From assembly GCA_043820105.1 (NCBI GenBank), contig JBDREC010000019.1:62001-93318 (forward strand): a stretch of 31,318 bases of DNA, written 5' to 3'. A program made the translations under genes and the position numbers. Positions 18,764 through 28,906 of this stretch are shown here, one piece after another. Within the stretch, counting starts at the first letter, position 1. Every line of letters begins with the position of its first letter. The notes below the pieces were generated by a model. The model did not search any database, was not told where the DNA came from, and saw only the letters and a program-made list of their open reading frames with translations. Origin of the DNA: Pseudomonadota bacterium (GTDB lineage Bacteria > Bdellovibrionota_F > JAHFAK01 > JBDREC01).

Positions 18764-19996
18764 TTATATTTTCAATAATTCTTCAAAAATACGTTTTGAA
18801 GAATCGCCATCATAATATAAAAACGCTTTTTTAAACAATTCTGATCGTATTTCTTTATATTTATCTTGTCCTTTTTGAATAAAATTATAAATTTCACACT
18901 GTAAATCCTCTTGTGAAAAACATTTTGGGCCTGGAGTCATTTCATCATAATCAAACTGTAGTTTTCGATCTCTAGAATTATAGATTTCAAAATCATAATT
19001 AAAGAAAAAGATAGGTCTATTCAAATGTAAAAAATCCATGTAAATTGATGAATAATCCGTTAACATTAGATCAACATTAGAATAAAGAGGATAAATGTCT
19101 TTTGAACTATCATAAAAAATTATATTATTAAAAAGCTCTTTATTTACATTGTTATTAACACGAGTTAAAAGATGGAACTTAATAACAAATTTAATTTTAT
19201 TTTCTTCACAAAATGAATTTAATTTTTTAAGGTTTAAGGCTCCATCTTCAATTGGGTTTAAACCTTTGTCTCTAAAAGTTGGTACATATAGTAAGATTTT
19301 AAATCCATCTTTCACCGCATCTTCAACTTTATTAATATTAGAATTATCCGCGCCAAGCAAATAAAAATTTAAAAAATCCTTTTTATGCATTATATCATTT
19401 CTTGGATAGCCAAAATCAACAATTCTTTTTAAACGAAAGCCTTTTGAAAAAACATTTTCGGAATAAAAAGGTGAGGTGGAGATAAAAAGATCATATAATG
19501 GAAAACGAGCAGTTAAAGCAAAATATATTTTCAACAGAAATCGCTTGAATTTATTATATTTTTTATACATTTCTTTTTCAATAGTCTTAAAACCAACCCC
19601 GTGCCATAATTGAACTTTAAAGCTAAAAAACGCTAGGTAGTATTTGCATTTATAAACCCAATTTATACCATCTACAACAACTATTTTTGCTCTTAATAAC
19701 ATGAAAACAGATATTATCGTTGGATACAATAAAACAGGCAAGCCACTGCTTTTCAACTCATTATAGCATTGCACCTTATTTGTGAGAAAATAATACTCAA
19801 AAGCATGTTTATTGTTTTCATGACAATGCAAATACAAATATTTTACATTATCCATAAAGTTTCCACTTTCACCAATGAATATTATTAGGCTTTTTTTCTT
19901 TGGAATAATAAAGGAAACTGGAAAAATAATAATAGCCGATATTATACTTAAAAATAATTTAGATAATTTAAGAACAATTTTTCTAAACAAAATCAA
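18764..19996 (-). CDS. CDP-glycerol/ribitol phosphotransferase (TagF/TagB family), paralog 1
   Basis: QLWHG, GYPRND, LYVPTFRD, KFH, LTDYSSIYMDF and TPGP. Confidence 0.92.
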   Translation of the reverse strand: MILFRKIVLKLSKLFLSIISAIIIFPVSFIIPKKKSLIIFIGESGNFMDNVKYLYLHCHENNKHAFEYYFLTNKVQCYNELKSSGLPVLLYPTIISVFMLLRAKIVVVDGINWVYKCKYYLAFFSFKVQLWHGVGFKTIEKEMYKKYNKFKRFLLKIYFALTARFPLYDLFISTSPFYSENVFSKGFRLKRIVDFGYPRNDIMHKKDFLNFYLLGADNSNINKVEDAVKDGFKILLYVPTFRDKGLNPIEDGALNLKKLNSFCEENKIKFVIKFHLLTRVNNNVNKELFNNIIFYDSSKDIYPLYSNVDLMLTDYSSIYMDFLHLNRPIFFFNYDFEIYNSRDRKLQFDYDEMTPGPKCFSQEDLQCEIYNFIQKGQDKYKEIRSELFKKAFLYYDGDSSKRIFEELLKI

Positions 19997-20015
19997 CCTT
20001 TCAAATAGTCAGAGT

Positions 20016-21236
20016 TTATTTCAATGTTTTTATTTCGTCCCATACTCTTTTTGATGCATTTCCATCATAAAATTCATGAGCTATCTTCATAATATTTTTT
20101 CTATTACTAAGAAATGTATCTTCATTTTGAATTAAGTTCTTAAGTACTTCCTGTTCTAACTCATCTTGAGAAAAGCATTTTTTACCAGGAGTAATCCAAT
20201 CATAATCAAATTGAATCTCTCTATCTTTGCTAATATAATCATCTAAATCATAACAATAAAAAATTATTGGTCTATTTAGATGAAGATAATCCATATAAAT
20301 TGATGAATAATCTGTAATTAAAAGATCAAAGTAGTGAAAGCAGGGATAAGCATCCAGATTGTTACCATAGTAAATTATATTTTTATGGTTTTTATTTTGA
20401 ATTTCCTTATTAGGATGAAGCTTGCAAACAAAAACCATATTATTTTCTTCTAAAAATGAGTTCAAACGTTCTTCATCAAATCCTGAATTGTGTGTATTTA
20501 CACTGTCACTATCACGAAAAGTAGGAGCATATAAAATAATTTTTTTATTCTTTTCTTTAAATGTCTTTAATAGAGCCTCAACATCATGATCAACACCGAG
20601 TTTAAAACTATCTGGGATATCCTGCATGTAAAAAACATCATTTCTAGGATAGCCTGTTACCAAAACTTTTTTAGCATTAAAGGCAGGTTCAAAAACTTTC
20701 TCTTTATAAAAAATGGAAGTTGTTGTGACAATGTCATAAAAAACAGTAAACCGCCCTGTTAACTTATAATATATTTGATACATTAACTTACTAAGCTTTT
20801 TTTTAATTTCAGGAATTTCTTTTTCAATTTTTTTAAATCCAACTCCATGCCATAATTGAACCTTTTTGCTTTTTAGCAATAAGGGGAATTTAAGAGAACG
20901 TACCCAAGTCCAATGGTCAGCAACAATTATATTTGCCCTCAGTAAAGCAATAAATGATTTAAAGCTTGGATAATATAATAGCTTAATTTTTTTATTGTCT
21001 ATTGAATTATAAATGTTTTTTGATTCTGTTAAAAAATAATAATTGAAATTATTAATGTTGTTTTCAATTCCATAAAGATAAAGATATTTTATGTTATCTT
21101 CGAAGCGACCTTCATACTTTCCAAAAAATATGATTGTTTTTTTGTTTTTAGGAACAATATAGGCCAATGGAGATAAAATTAAAATGAAAAGAACATATAT
21201 GCTATTAAAAATTATTTTTTTCAAAATATTATTCAT
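20016..21236 (-). CDS. CDP-glycerol/ribitol phosphotransferase (TagF/TagB family), paralog 2
   Basis: QLWHG, GYPRND, YAPTFRD, KLHP and ITDYSSIYMDY. Confidence 0.92.
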   Translation of the reverse strand: MNNILKKIIFNSIYVLFILILSPLAYIVPKNKKTIIFFGKYEGRFEDNIKYLYLYGIENNINNFNYYFLTESKNIYNSIDNKKIKLLYYPSFKSFIALLRANIIVADHWTWVRSLKFPLLLKSKKVQLWHGVGFKKIEKEIPEIKKKLSKLMYQIYYKLTGRFTVFYDIVTTTSIFYKEKVFEPAFNAKKVLVTGYPRNDVFYMQDIPDSFKLGVDHDVEALLKTFKEKNKKIILYAPTFRDSDSVNTHNSGFDEERLNSFLEENNMVFVCKLHPNKEIQNKNHKNIIYYGNNLDAYPCFHYFDLLITDYSSIYMDYLHLNRPIIFYCYDLDDYISKDREIQFDYDWITPGKKCFSQDELEQEVLKNLIQNEDTFLSNRKNIMKIAHEFYDGNASKRVWDEIKTLK

Positions 21237-21248
21237 TTATCTCTTCAC

Positions 21249-22610
21249 CTATTTCCCATCCCTAGTCACATCAATAACCTGTCCTGTATAGTCAGAAAGA
21301 AGTGTTTTCAATGATTCTCTTGCTACCTTTTCAGGATTTACAAGTGTCTTAGGATCTTCTTTTCCAAAGTTTTCAACTCTCATTGGAGTTGCTGCTCTTT
21401 CTGGATTCATGCAATTAATTTTAACTTTTTTCCAAAAAAATTCATCCGCCAATGCCTGAACAATATTTACAACAGCTGCCTTTGTAGAAGAATAGATCGA
21501 ATACAATGCTCTGCCTCTTGTATAAGAACTTGAAGTAAAAAGCAAAATTCCACCATTTGACTTTGATAGATAGTCAATACTTGATTTAATTATATTAATA
21601 TTACCTGTATAATTTGTTTGTATCTCATTTTCAATGTCTTCGATGGTTCTTGCCTGAAGGCTTCCTCTTCTCAAAATAGCCGCAGTATTAATAACATAAT
21701 CAATTCTTTTCTCTTTTTTATAAACAGAATTAATAGCTTTTTCTACATCATGTATTGAGCAAATATTAACCTTTTCTTCAATTGAAAATCCATATGTTTT
21801 GGCTTTTTTAGATTTAGCTATATTTAAAATACTTTTACCAATTCCTCTTCCTGCTCCAAAAATAACGATTACTTTATCTTTCAAATCACTAAGCTTAACT
21901 TTTTCAATTTTAGATTGACTGTTTGTTAAAAAGATCTTTTCAGCTAGTAAAACGTCTTCTGAATAAGTGATCTTTATATTTCTTTCTTCTCCGGGAACAA
22001 TGTAAATTGGGCAAATTTTGTATTTTAATATTAAACCACAATCATCTGTAACTAAAAGCTTTTCTTCTTTTAAAGCCCTTTTATGTGCTTTTTTTATAAC
22101 ATCAACATGAAAACACTGTGGAGTCTGACCTCTCCACATGTATTTTCTTTCTGGAATATCAACTATTTTAAGTTTATCATCACGTTTGATAATTGTATCA
22201 GCCGAAGGAATTGCAACATCAACAGCTTTATGTTTTTTTAAAGCCTTTATACATTCATTAATAATACGATTTGATACAAAAGGCCTTACAGCATCATGAA
22301 TGAGAACGAAATCATCGTCACTTAGGATTGCATTAATGCCTATTGATGAACTTTCATATCTTGTTTTTCCACCATTTAAAACCTTTGATATCTTTTTATA
22401 ATCATTTTTCATAATTATTTCTTCCATCAAGGCAAGAAATAAGGGATTTACAACAATAATTATATTATCAATATTAGAGTTTTTTTCAAAAACATCAATA
22501 GTATGTTCAACGATGCTTTTTCCTGCAATTTTAATAAACTGCTTTGGGATATGGTAACCAACTCTTTCCCCAGCGCCAGAAGCTAAAATAACAGCATGAT
22601 TTTTGGGCAT
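21249..22610 (-). CDS. Bifunctional IspD/TarI-type cytidylyltransferase + SDR reductase (Bcs1-like CDP-ribitol synthesis), copy 1
   Basis: N-domain ILASGAGER, PKQF, IHDAVRP, QTPQ, TDD, NIKIT. C-domain FGAGRGIG, YSSTK, NPER. GGAGG RBS. Confidence 0.88.
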   Translation of the reverse strand: MPKNHAVILASGAGERVGYHIPKQFIKIAGKSIVEHTIDVFEKNSNIDNIIIVVNPLFLALMEEIIMKNDYKKISKVLNGGKTRYESSSIGINAILSDDDFVLIHDAVRPFVSNRIINECIKALKKHKAVDVAIPSADTIIKRDDKLKIVDIPERKYMWRGQTPQCFHVDVIKKAHKRALKEEKLLVTDDCGLILKYKICPIYIVPGEERNIKITYSEDVLLAEKIFLTNSQSKIEKVKLSDLKDKVIVIFGAGRGIGKSILNIAKSKKAKTYGFSIEEKVNICSIHDVEKAINSVYKKEKRIDYVINTAAILRRGSLQARTIEDIENEIQTNYTGNINIIKSSIDYLSKSNGGILLFTSSSYTRGRALYSIYSSTKAAVVNIVQALADEFFWKKVKINCMNPERAATPMRVENFGKEDPKTLVNPEKVARESLKTLLSDYTGQVIDVTRDGK

Positions 22611-22649
22611 TATTAGACCTCCAAAATAAATCTATAAATTCTAAAAAGG

Positions 22650-22683
22650 GAAAATACCTAGGTTTTTATTAAAATACAAGCTT
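22650..22683 (-). promoter_or_regulatory. Putative internal promoter conserved upstream of both Bcs1-like genes
   Basis: TTGTAT-17nt-TATTTT here and TTGTGT-17nt-TATTTT at about 28868-28897. The flanking noncoding sequence is conserved between the copies. Confidence 0.4.
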
Positions 22684-22737
22684 GGATATTAATTATTTAA
22701 ATTAAAATCAACATTATAAAAACAAAAGTTTAAAAAG

Positions 22738-23988
22738 CTATTTCCATAAATTGTTTCGTTTAACAGCTATAACTCTATATATAAAAGTAAAAGATTCCGC
22801 CGTTATTATTGCAAAAATAATTGAATAAACGTTTATTAATGAAAAACCATAGAGAACCAGTAAAATTCCGATATAAATTATAGAAGCCCATATTACACTT
22901 AAGTTTGGATATTTTGGAAATCCCATTGCAGCTAAAAAAGGATAGCCCAATAAAATGGAAGGAAAAGTCATAAGAGCACAAAATAGAAATAATTGAAAAG
23001 CTCTGGTTATAAGAAGAATATCAACATTATCAAAAAGAATATCTAAAATATAGCCTACAAATGGAAATATTAGAATTATAGCAATTGTATGAGATATCAC
23101 TAATATTTTAAATATTTTCTTATAAAACTGAACATTCTTTTTATAAGCTATATATGGATACAAAGTCTGAACTATGGGCGTATATGAGTTTTTTAACATT
23201 GAAAAGAGTTTTTGCGAAATTGCATAACAACCAAGAATATCTTCTTTTACAAAAAAACCTAGAAAAAAGACACTACTTGAATTAAATAAAGATACAGAAA
23301 CTCTAGACAAGAAAAATTGTGTGCTATTTTTCAAATACATATAAAGAATATTTGCTTTTGGAAAATAATATTTAACATCAAACTTATAAATCACATAATA
23401 AAATGCTATCACAATTGCAACAAATTCCCCTAATGCGGTTAATAGTGGAACATAAATATAATCGCTTTCACCTTTGATAAAAACAAAAATTGTAACTAGA
23501 AAAATCGTTCTCATGAGAATATTCAAAGCTGTAATGTACTTCATTCGCTCGATTCCCTGAAAAAACCATTTGGGAAACATAGCATTGCCTATGACCATTA
23601 TAAAGGTATATATATGAATTGCTTTTTCATATTTAAACTTTTCAAATGTAAAAATAATAAATAATAAAATAAAAAAACAAATAAATGACATCATGAGCTT
23701 TATATTTATAACTGAACTAAATATTTCTGAAACTTTTTCTTTATCCATCCTATTTACGGACAAATCTTTTGTTGCAGATAAGTTAAAACCAAAATCTATT
23801 ATTATTTGAAAAAACATATTAAAAGACCATGCAAATGCAACAATACCATATTTGCCACTACCTAAAACTTTAACCAAATAAGGCAATGTAATTATAGGGT
23901 AAATATAAGTAGCAAGTTGTAAAAAAGAAAGAGAAAGAAAGTTTTCAACAAGTGTCTTTTTATCTTTACCTATTTTTCTTATCTTCAT
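22738..23988 (-). CDS. wzx: Wzx flippase, copy 1 (intact)
   Basis: ENFLSLSFLQ, PIITLPYLVKVLG, DFGFNLSAT and WFFQGIERM; about 12 TM segments. Confidence 0.92.
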   Translation of the reverse strand: MKIRKIGKDKKTLVENFLSLSFLQLATYIYPIITLPYLVKVLGSGKYGIVAFAWSFNMFFQIIIDFGFNLSATKDLSVNRMDKEKVSEIFSSVINIKLMMSFICFFILLFIIFTFEKFKYEKAIHIYTFIMVIGNAMFPKWFFQGIERMKYITALNILMRTIFLVTIFVFIKGESDYIYVPLLTALGEFVAIVIAFYYVIYKFDVKYYFPKANILYMYLKNSTQFFLSRVSVSLFNSSSVFFLGFFVKEDILGCYAISQKLFSMLKNSYTPIVQTLYPYIAYKKNVQFYKKIFKILVISHTIAIILIFPFVGYILDILFDNVDILLITRAFQLFLFCALMTFPSILLGYPFLAAMGFPKYPNLSVIWASIIYIGILLVLYGFSLINVYSIIFAIITAESFTFIYRVIAVKRNNLWK

Positions 23989-24216
23989 AACTTATTGAAA
24001 ACTTAAATGTTATTTATAATATTTAATATTTATTAAAACTGATCTTATTCTTCTAAAATGATAAAAATGCAAGGAAAATTAGTAAAGAATAATTTTTTCC
24101 TTTACATAATTCCTACTAAATACTAATTAAAACAAATCGTGTTAATAAAGGTATTATTTTAATAAGATAAATTATAATGTCTTTATGCAAATTAAGTATT
24201 AATTTTTTTACATAAA

Positions 24217-25491
24217 ATGGCTGAAATGAATAAAAATTTAAAATTATTACGTTCTTTTATTTTCTTTATTATCAAATTTACTATTATTTATTTCATTTTT
24301 ATTCCATTAAGCAAGTTAGTGCCGAAAAACAAAAAGATGTTTATCTTTATTAGTAAACAACAGTGGGGTGGAAAATTTAGTGATAATATAAAATATTTAT
24401 TTCTTTATCTTAATGAGTTAAAAGAAAATAATATTAGATATTATTACCTAACTGAAAATAAAATTACTTTCAATGATCTTAAAAAACAAGAATTGCCCGT
24501 TTTATATTATCCATCAATTAAAAGCATCTTATATCTTTTTCGAACAGGACATGTTGTTGTAGATAGCACATGCTGGATATCAAAATTAAAATATTTCATC
24601 TTATTAAATTCGAAAAAAATTCAGTTGTGGCATGGCATTGCTCTAAAAAAAGTGGGTAGATCAAATATTAAAAACAAAAATAAATATGACGAAGATACAA
24701 GATCCACTACTTTTAAAATAGCCAACAATTATAAAATGCATAAATATAACCAAACTTATCCTAACTATGATATCTTTCTTTCAACATCAGAATTTATTAC
24801 TAAAAATGTATTTGAACCTTCTTTTATTTATAAAAATTTAATTGAATGTGGATATCCAAGAAATGATGTGTTTTTTCATGATAACAAACATTATTTACTG
24901 GGTTGTGACATTGAATGTATAAATTGGGTAATTAAATGTAAAAAGGACGGATTTAAAACCATTCTTTATTCTCCAACTTATAGAGATACAGGTGGCAATA
25001 GCATTGAACAAAATGTCCTAAACATTGAAAAATTTGATGATTTTTTAAAGAAAAATAAGTTTAAATTAATAATAAAATTTCATCCAAATGAATCATTTGA
25101 TTTAAAATCTTTAGAAAATACTTCAAATATATATATTTATGAAAGCAAAAAAGATCTCAATCCATTGCTTCCAAAAATAGATTTATTACTTACAGACTAT
25201 TCATCTATATACTTTGATTTTCTTTATGCAAAAAGACCAATCGTTTTTTTTCCATATGATCTTAATAAATATCAAGCTAAAGACAGGGAATTTTATTTTG
25301 ATTACAATGAAATAACGCCTGGTCCCAAATGCATTAATCAACAGCAACTCGAGGAATCAATTTATAAAATACTTGCAGAAAAAAAAGATCTTTATAAAAA
25401 AGAAAGGTCAAAAATTCTCAAGTTGGGATTTAAATACGAAAAAGGCCCATTTTCAAAAATAATATGGGAATATATTAAACAAAATTCTTGA
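24217..25491 (+). CDS. CDP-glycerol/ribitol phosphotransferase (TagF/TagB family), paralog 3, opposite orientation
   Basis: QLWHGIALK, GYPRND, YSPTYRD, KFHP, LTDYSSIYFDF and TPGP. Confidence 0.92.
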   Translation: MAEMNKNLKLLRSFIFFIIKFTIIYFIFIPLSKLVPKNKKMFIFISKQQWGGKFSDNIKYLFLYLNELKENNIRYYYLTENKITFNDLKKQELPVLYYPSIKSILYLFRTGHVVVDSTCWISKLKYFILLNSKKIQLWHGIALKKVGRSNIKNKNKYDEDTRSTTFKIANNYKMHKYNQTYPNYDIFLSTSEFITKNVFEPSFIYKNLIECGYPRNDVFFHDNKHYLLGCDIECINWVIKCKKDGFKTILYSPTYRDTGGNSIEQNVLNIEKFDDFLKKNKFKLIIKFHPNESFDLKSLENTSNIYIYESKKDLNPLLPKIDLLLTDYSSIYFDFLYAKRPIVFFPYDLNKYQAKDREFYFDYNEITPGPKCINQQQLEESIYKILAEKKDLYKKERSKILKLGFKYEKGPFSKIIWEYIKQNS

Positions 25492-25738
25492 ATATTATAT
25501 CTTACTCTAGTTCTAAATTAAAAACCATAATTTACAAATTTACTTTTGATCTATTATTTTATTAAAAAGCTAAATTTTGAAACATCGTTAATACATCCAG
25601 GAATACATTCAGTCTTGTCTTATTTATCAAATATCCTTTCATTTTTAGACTAGTATTAGAATTTGAAAACCCTAAATACTTATAACATTCTTATTCAATG
25701 ATATCTTTTAATAAAAAAGAATAGATATAATAATTTAG

Positions 25739-26701
25739 TTAATCATCTTTTAATATATTTTGAACAAAATCCTTTATTGTAATTTCTTGGCGAAAAAGTT
25801 TATTTAAGGACATTAGGATTGGCATATTATGATTAATCTCCTTAAGCTTTGAATATATTAAATCTAGAGATCGCCTCCCTTCTAATATAACAGAACTTGA
25901 AATATTATCTGAAAAAAATCCTTTCCCCACTAATAATCCAAAAGTCCTATTTCTACTTAAATCGTTGAGTGCAGTTAATCCAAAATCGCCAAACCCACAA
26001 TATTTAAAAATTGTATCTACATCACAATTAAAAATTTCAATTATTTTCTTCATTTCATTAAAAGCATTGGTTAACACAAAGAACCTGGTATTAGCAGAGT
26101 TATATTGAGCGTCTAAAATTCCAATTGAAATTGCATAAATATTTTTCAAAACACTAACAAGCTCAACTCCAAGAATGTCTTTGGTAAAATCTAAATGAAT
26201 GTTGGTACTCAGAAAAATATCTTCAAAATCTTGAAAAACTGACTCATCAGAACATGCAACTGTTAATGCTGAAGGAAATTCTCTAATAAGTTCATCAGCA
26301 AAAGTTGGACCTTTCATAGAAGCTATCTTATTATGGGGAAATAAATCATGAAGACTTTCAGCAATAGTCTTGCCTTCACTAGAAAAACCTTTTGCTAAAT
26401 TTACCAAAATCGACTTTTTCTGAATTATTGAAGAATACTGTTTCAAAAAATTAATAATAACACCTGAAGGTAAAGCTATAAAAATAAAATCAGCCTCTTG
26501 CAAACAAGAAAAATCAATTGTCGCCTTAATTTTTTTATTCAAAGTAAGATTTGCAAAATATTTGGAGGTGTGTTTGTTATTTATTGTTTCAACAACATCA
26601 TGTTCTATTGTCGTTAAAAAAATATTATTCTTGGGGTTCTTAATAAGCTCATTTGCCAGAGCGGTTCCAAAAGCCCCAGCTCCAATAATAACAATATTCA
26701 T
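25739..26701 (-). CDS. NAD(P)H-dependent glycerol-3-phosphate dehydrogenase family (divergent GpsA-like)
   Basis: IIGAGAFGTALA, LAKG, GPTFA, LKNIYAI, GFGD and SRNRTFG. Confidence 0.85.
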   Translation of the reverse strand: MNIVIIGAGAFGTALANELIKNPKNNIFLTTIEHDVVETINNKHTSKYFANLTLNKKIKATIDFSCLQEADFIFIALPSGVIINFLKQYSSIIQKKSILVNLAKGFSSEGKTIAESLHDLFPHNKIASMKGPTFADELIREFPSALTVACSDESVFQDFEDIFLSTNIHLDFTKDILGVELVSVLKNIYAISIGILDAQYNSANTRFFVLTNAFNEMKKIIEIFNCDVDTIFKYCGFGDFGLTALNDLSRNRTFGLLVGKGFFSDNISSSVILEGRRSLDLIYSKLKEINHNMPILMSLNKLFRQEITIKDFVQNILKDD

Positions 26702-27369
26702 TTGAACATCCTTTTTGCATTTTCATAATCTTCTTTAAAATCAATTTCGATACACCTATATTCTGAAATATCAACTGGAACAAATCTCATATTATTATTT
26801 ATTGAAAATTCAATTGCTTTTTCAAAATAATCATTATCATCACATTTTGTCAAATTTTCGTAAAAATTATTAAAATCGTTTTTAGAAATTTTATTTATTC
26901 CAACAGCTTCTCCTTCTGCTTTAATAACTTGTTTTGAAATTTCAATAATATCTCCTGTCCGATTGGTCCTATATTTAACCTCTTCTTCAGAACATTTGTT
27001 TTTATTAACACCAACCACATTTCCGGGGTGAGCATAGATTTTTTCAACTACTTCTTCATCTAAAACAACATCTCCATTAATCCAAATAACATCATCACGT
27101 TCAATAACCTTCAAAGCTCTCATTAGACTTTTGGAAGTGTTTGTTTTTTGAAAAGCGGGGTTATAAAAATAAAGAAGATCATCATTTTCTTCCATAATTA
27201 GTTCTTTTTTAAATCCTACTACAACAATAACTTCATTTATTCCAATCTTGCGAAAAATTTCTTTTTGATGTTGTATTATCGTTTTAGAATTAATAACTTT
27301 ATTTAAACACTTTGGTTTATCTCCGCCTAAGCGACTTCCAATTCCTGCTGCTAAAATTATTGCTTTCAT
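26698..27369 (-). CDS. NTP transferase, phosphocholine cytidylyltransferase (LicC-like) family
   Basis: MKAIILAAGIGSRL, PKCL, VVGFK, NTSKSL, NGD and EIDFKED. GGAGG RBS; ATGA coupling to the dehydrogenase gene. Confidence 0.85.
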   Translation of the reverse strand: MKAIILAAGIGSRLGGDKPKCLNKVINSKTIIQHQKEIFRKIGINEVIVVVGFKKELIMEENDDLLYFYNPAFQKTNTSKSLMRALKVIERDDVIWINGDVVLDEEVVEKIYAHPGNVVGVNKNKCSEEEVKYRTNRTGDIIEISKQVIKAEGEAVGINKISKNDFNNFYENLTKCDDNDYFEKAIEFSINNNMRFVPVDISEYRCIEIDFKEDYENAKRMFK

Positions 27370-27469
27370 GCAATCCTCCAGAATTTATTCGTTTTAATTT
27401 CAATATGTATAACTTAAAATCAATTTTTCTGTCAATAAAAGTAATTAATTATAACCCAAGTATCAATTC

Positions 27470-28828
27470 TCAACTATCTTTTGTCACATCTACAACCTGG
27501 CCAGTATAATCAGATAGTAGTGTCTTTAATGATTCTCTTGCTACTTTTTCAGGATTAACAAGTGTTTTAGGGTCTTCTTTTCCAAAATTCTCAACTCTCA
27601 TGGGAGTCGCTGCTCTTTCAGGATTCATGCAATTAATTTTGACCTTTTTCCAGAAAAACTCATCTGCCAAAGCTTGCACAAGGTTAACAACAGCTGCTTT
27701 TGTTGAAGAATAAATCGAATAAAGGGCTCTGCCCCTTGTATAAGAACTTGAAGTGAATAATAAAATGCCACCTTTTGTCTTAGCAAGATATTCAATACTA
27801 GATTTTATTATATTTATGTTGCCTAAATAATTTATTCTTATCTCATTTTCAATATCTTCAAAAGTCCTTGAATCAAGGCTTCCTCTTCTTAATATGGCTG
27901 CAGTATTTACAATATAGTCAATTTTTTGTTCTTTTTTGTAAACTAAATTAATAGCCTTTTCCACATCCTTAACTGAAGTAATATCTGTTTTATCTTCAAT
28001 AGAAAAACCATAGGCGTTAGCTTTTTTAGATTTAGCAATCTCCAAAATACTTTTGCCGATTCCTCTTCCAGCCCCAAAAACAATAATAACCTTATCTTTT
28101 AAATTACTAAGCTTAACTTTTTCAATTTTAGATTGGCTATTGGTCAAAAAGATTTTTTCAGCTAATAAGACATCTTCAGAATAGGTTATCTTAATGTTTC
28201 TTTCTTCACCATTGACAATAAAAACTCTAGCAAGTTTATATTTAAGAATTAAACCACAATCATCTGTAACTTGCAGGTTCTCCTCTTTCAAAGCTTTACG
28301 ATGGGCTTTTCTAATTAATCCAACATGAAAACACTGTGGAGTTTGTCCTCTCCACATATATTTTCTTTCAGGAATATCTGCAATTTTGAGTTTATCATCA
28401 CGCTTTATGATTGTATCAGCAGAAGGAATTGCAACATCAACAGCTTTATGTTTTTTTAAAGCCTTAATACATTCATTAATAATACGATTTGAAACAAAGG
28501 GCCTTACAGCATCATGAATGAGAACGAAATCATCATCACTTTGGATAGCATTAATACCTATTGATGAACTTTCATATCTTGTTTTTCCACCATTTAAAAC
28601 CTTTGATATCTTTTTATAATCATTTTTCATAATTATTTCTTCCATCAAAGCAAGAAATAAGGGATTTACAACAATAATTATATTATCAATATTAGAGTTT
28701 TTTTCAAAAACATCAATAGTATGTTCAACAATGCTTTTTCCTGCAATTTTAATAAACTGCTTTGGGATATGGTAACCGACCCTTTCCCCTGCGCCAGACG
28801 CTAAAATTATAGCATGATTTTTGGGCAT
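27470..28828 (-). CDS. Bifunctional cytidylyltransferase + SDR reductase (Bcs1-like), copy 2
   Basis: Colinear paralog of 21249..22610. ATG 28828 follows GGAGG. Confidence 0.88.
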   Translation of the reverse strand: MPKNHAIILASGAGERVGYHIPKQFIKIAGKSIVEHTIDVFEKNSNIDNIIIVVNPLFLALMEEIIMKNDYKKISKVLNGGKTRYESSSIGINAIQSDDDFVLIHDAVRPFVSNRIINECIKALKKHKAVDVAIPSADTIIKRDDKLKIADIPERKYMWRGQTPQCFHVGLIRKAHRKALKEENLQVTDDCGLILKYKLARVFIVNGEERNIKITYSEDVLLAEKIFLTNSQSKIEKVKLSNLKDKVIIVFGAGRGIGKSILEIAKSKKANAYGFSIEDKTDITSVKDVEKAINLVYKKEQKIDYIVNTAAILRRGSLDSRTFEDIENEIRINYLGNINIIKSSIEYLAKTKGGILLFTSSSYTRGRALYSIYSSTKAAVVNLVQALADEFFWKKVKINCMNPERAATPMRVENFGKEDPKTLVNPEKVARESLKTLLSDYTGQVVDVTKDS

Positions 28829-28906
28829 ATAATGACCTCCAAACAATTTTTTAAATTTTAAAAAGGGAAAATACCTGGGTTCTTATAAAAACACAAATCT
28901 GGAATA

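Noticed and set aside
21249..22610. Isoprenoid-pathway ispD
   Set aside because: The SDR fusion and TagF/wzx context indicate CDP-polyol synthesis.
10927..25738. Recombinase-driven invertible segments explaining the strand flips
   Set aside because: No recombinase gene is present, and I found no matching inverted repeats at the flip boundaries.
25492..25738. Possible gene remnant in the 247-bp convergent gap
   Set aside because: The frames I translated gave nothing recognisable, and no clear structure was seen.
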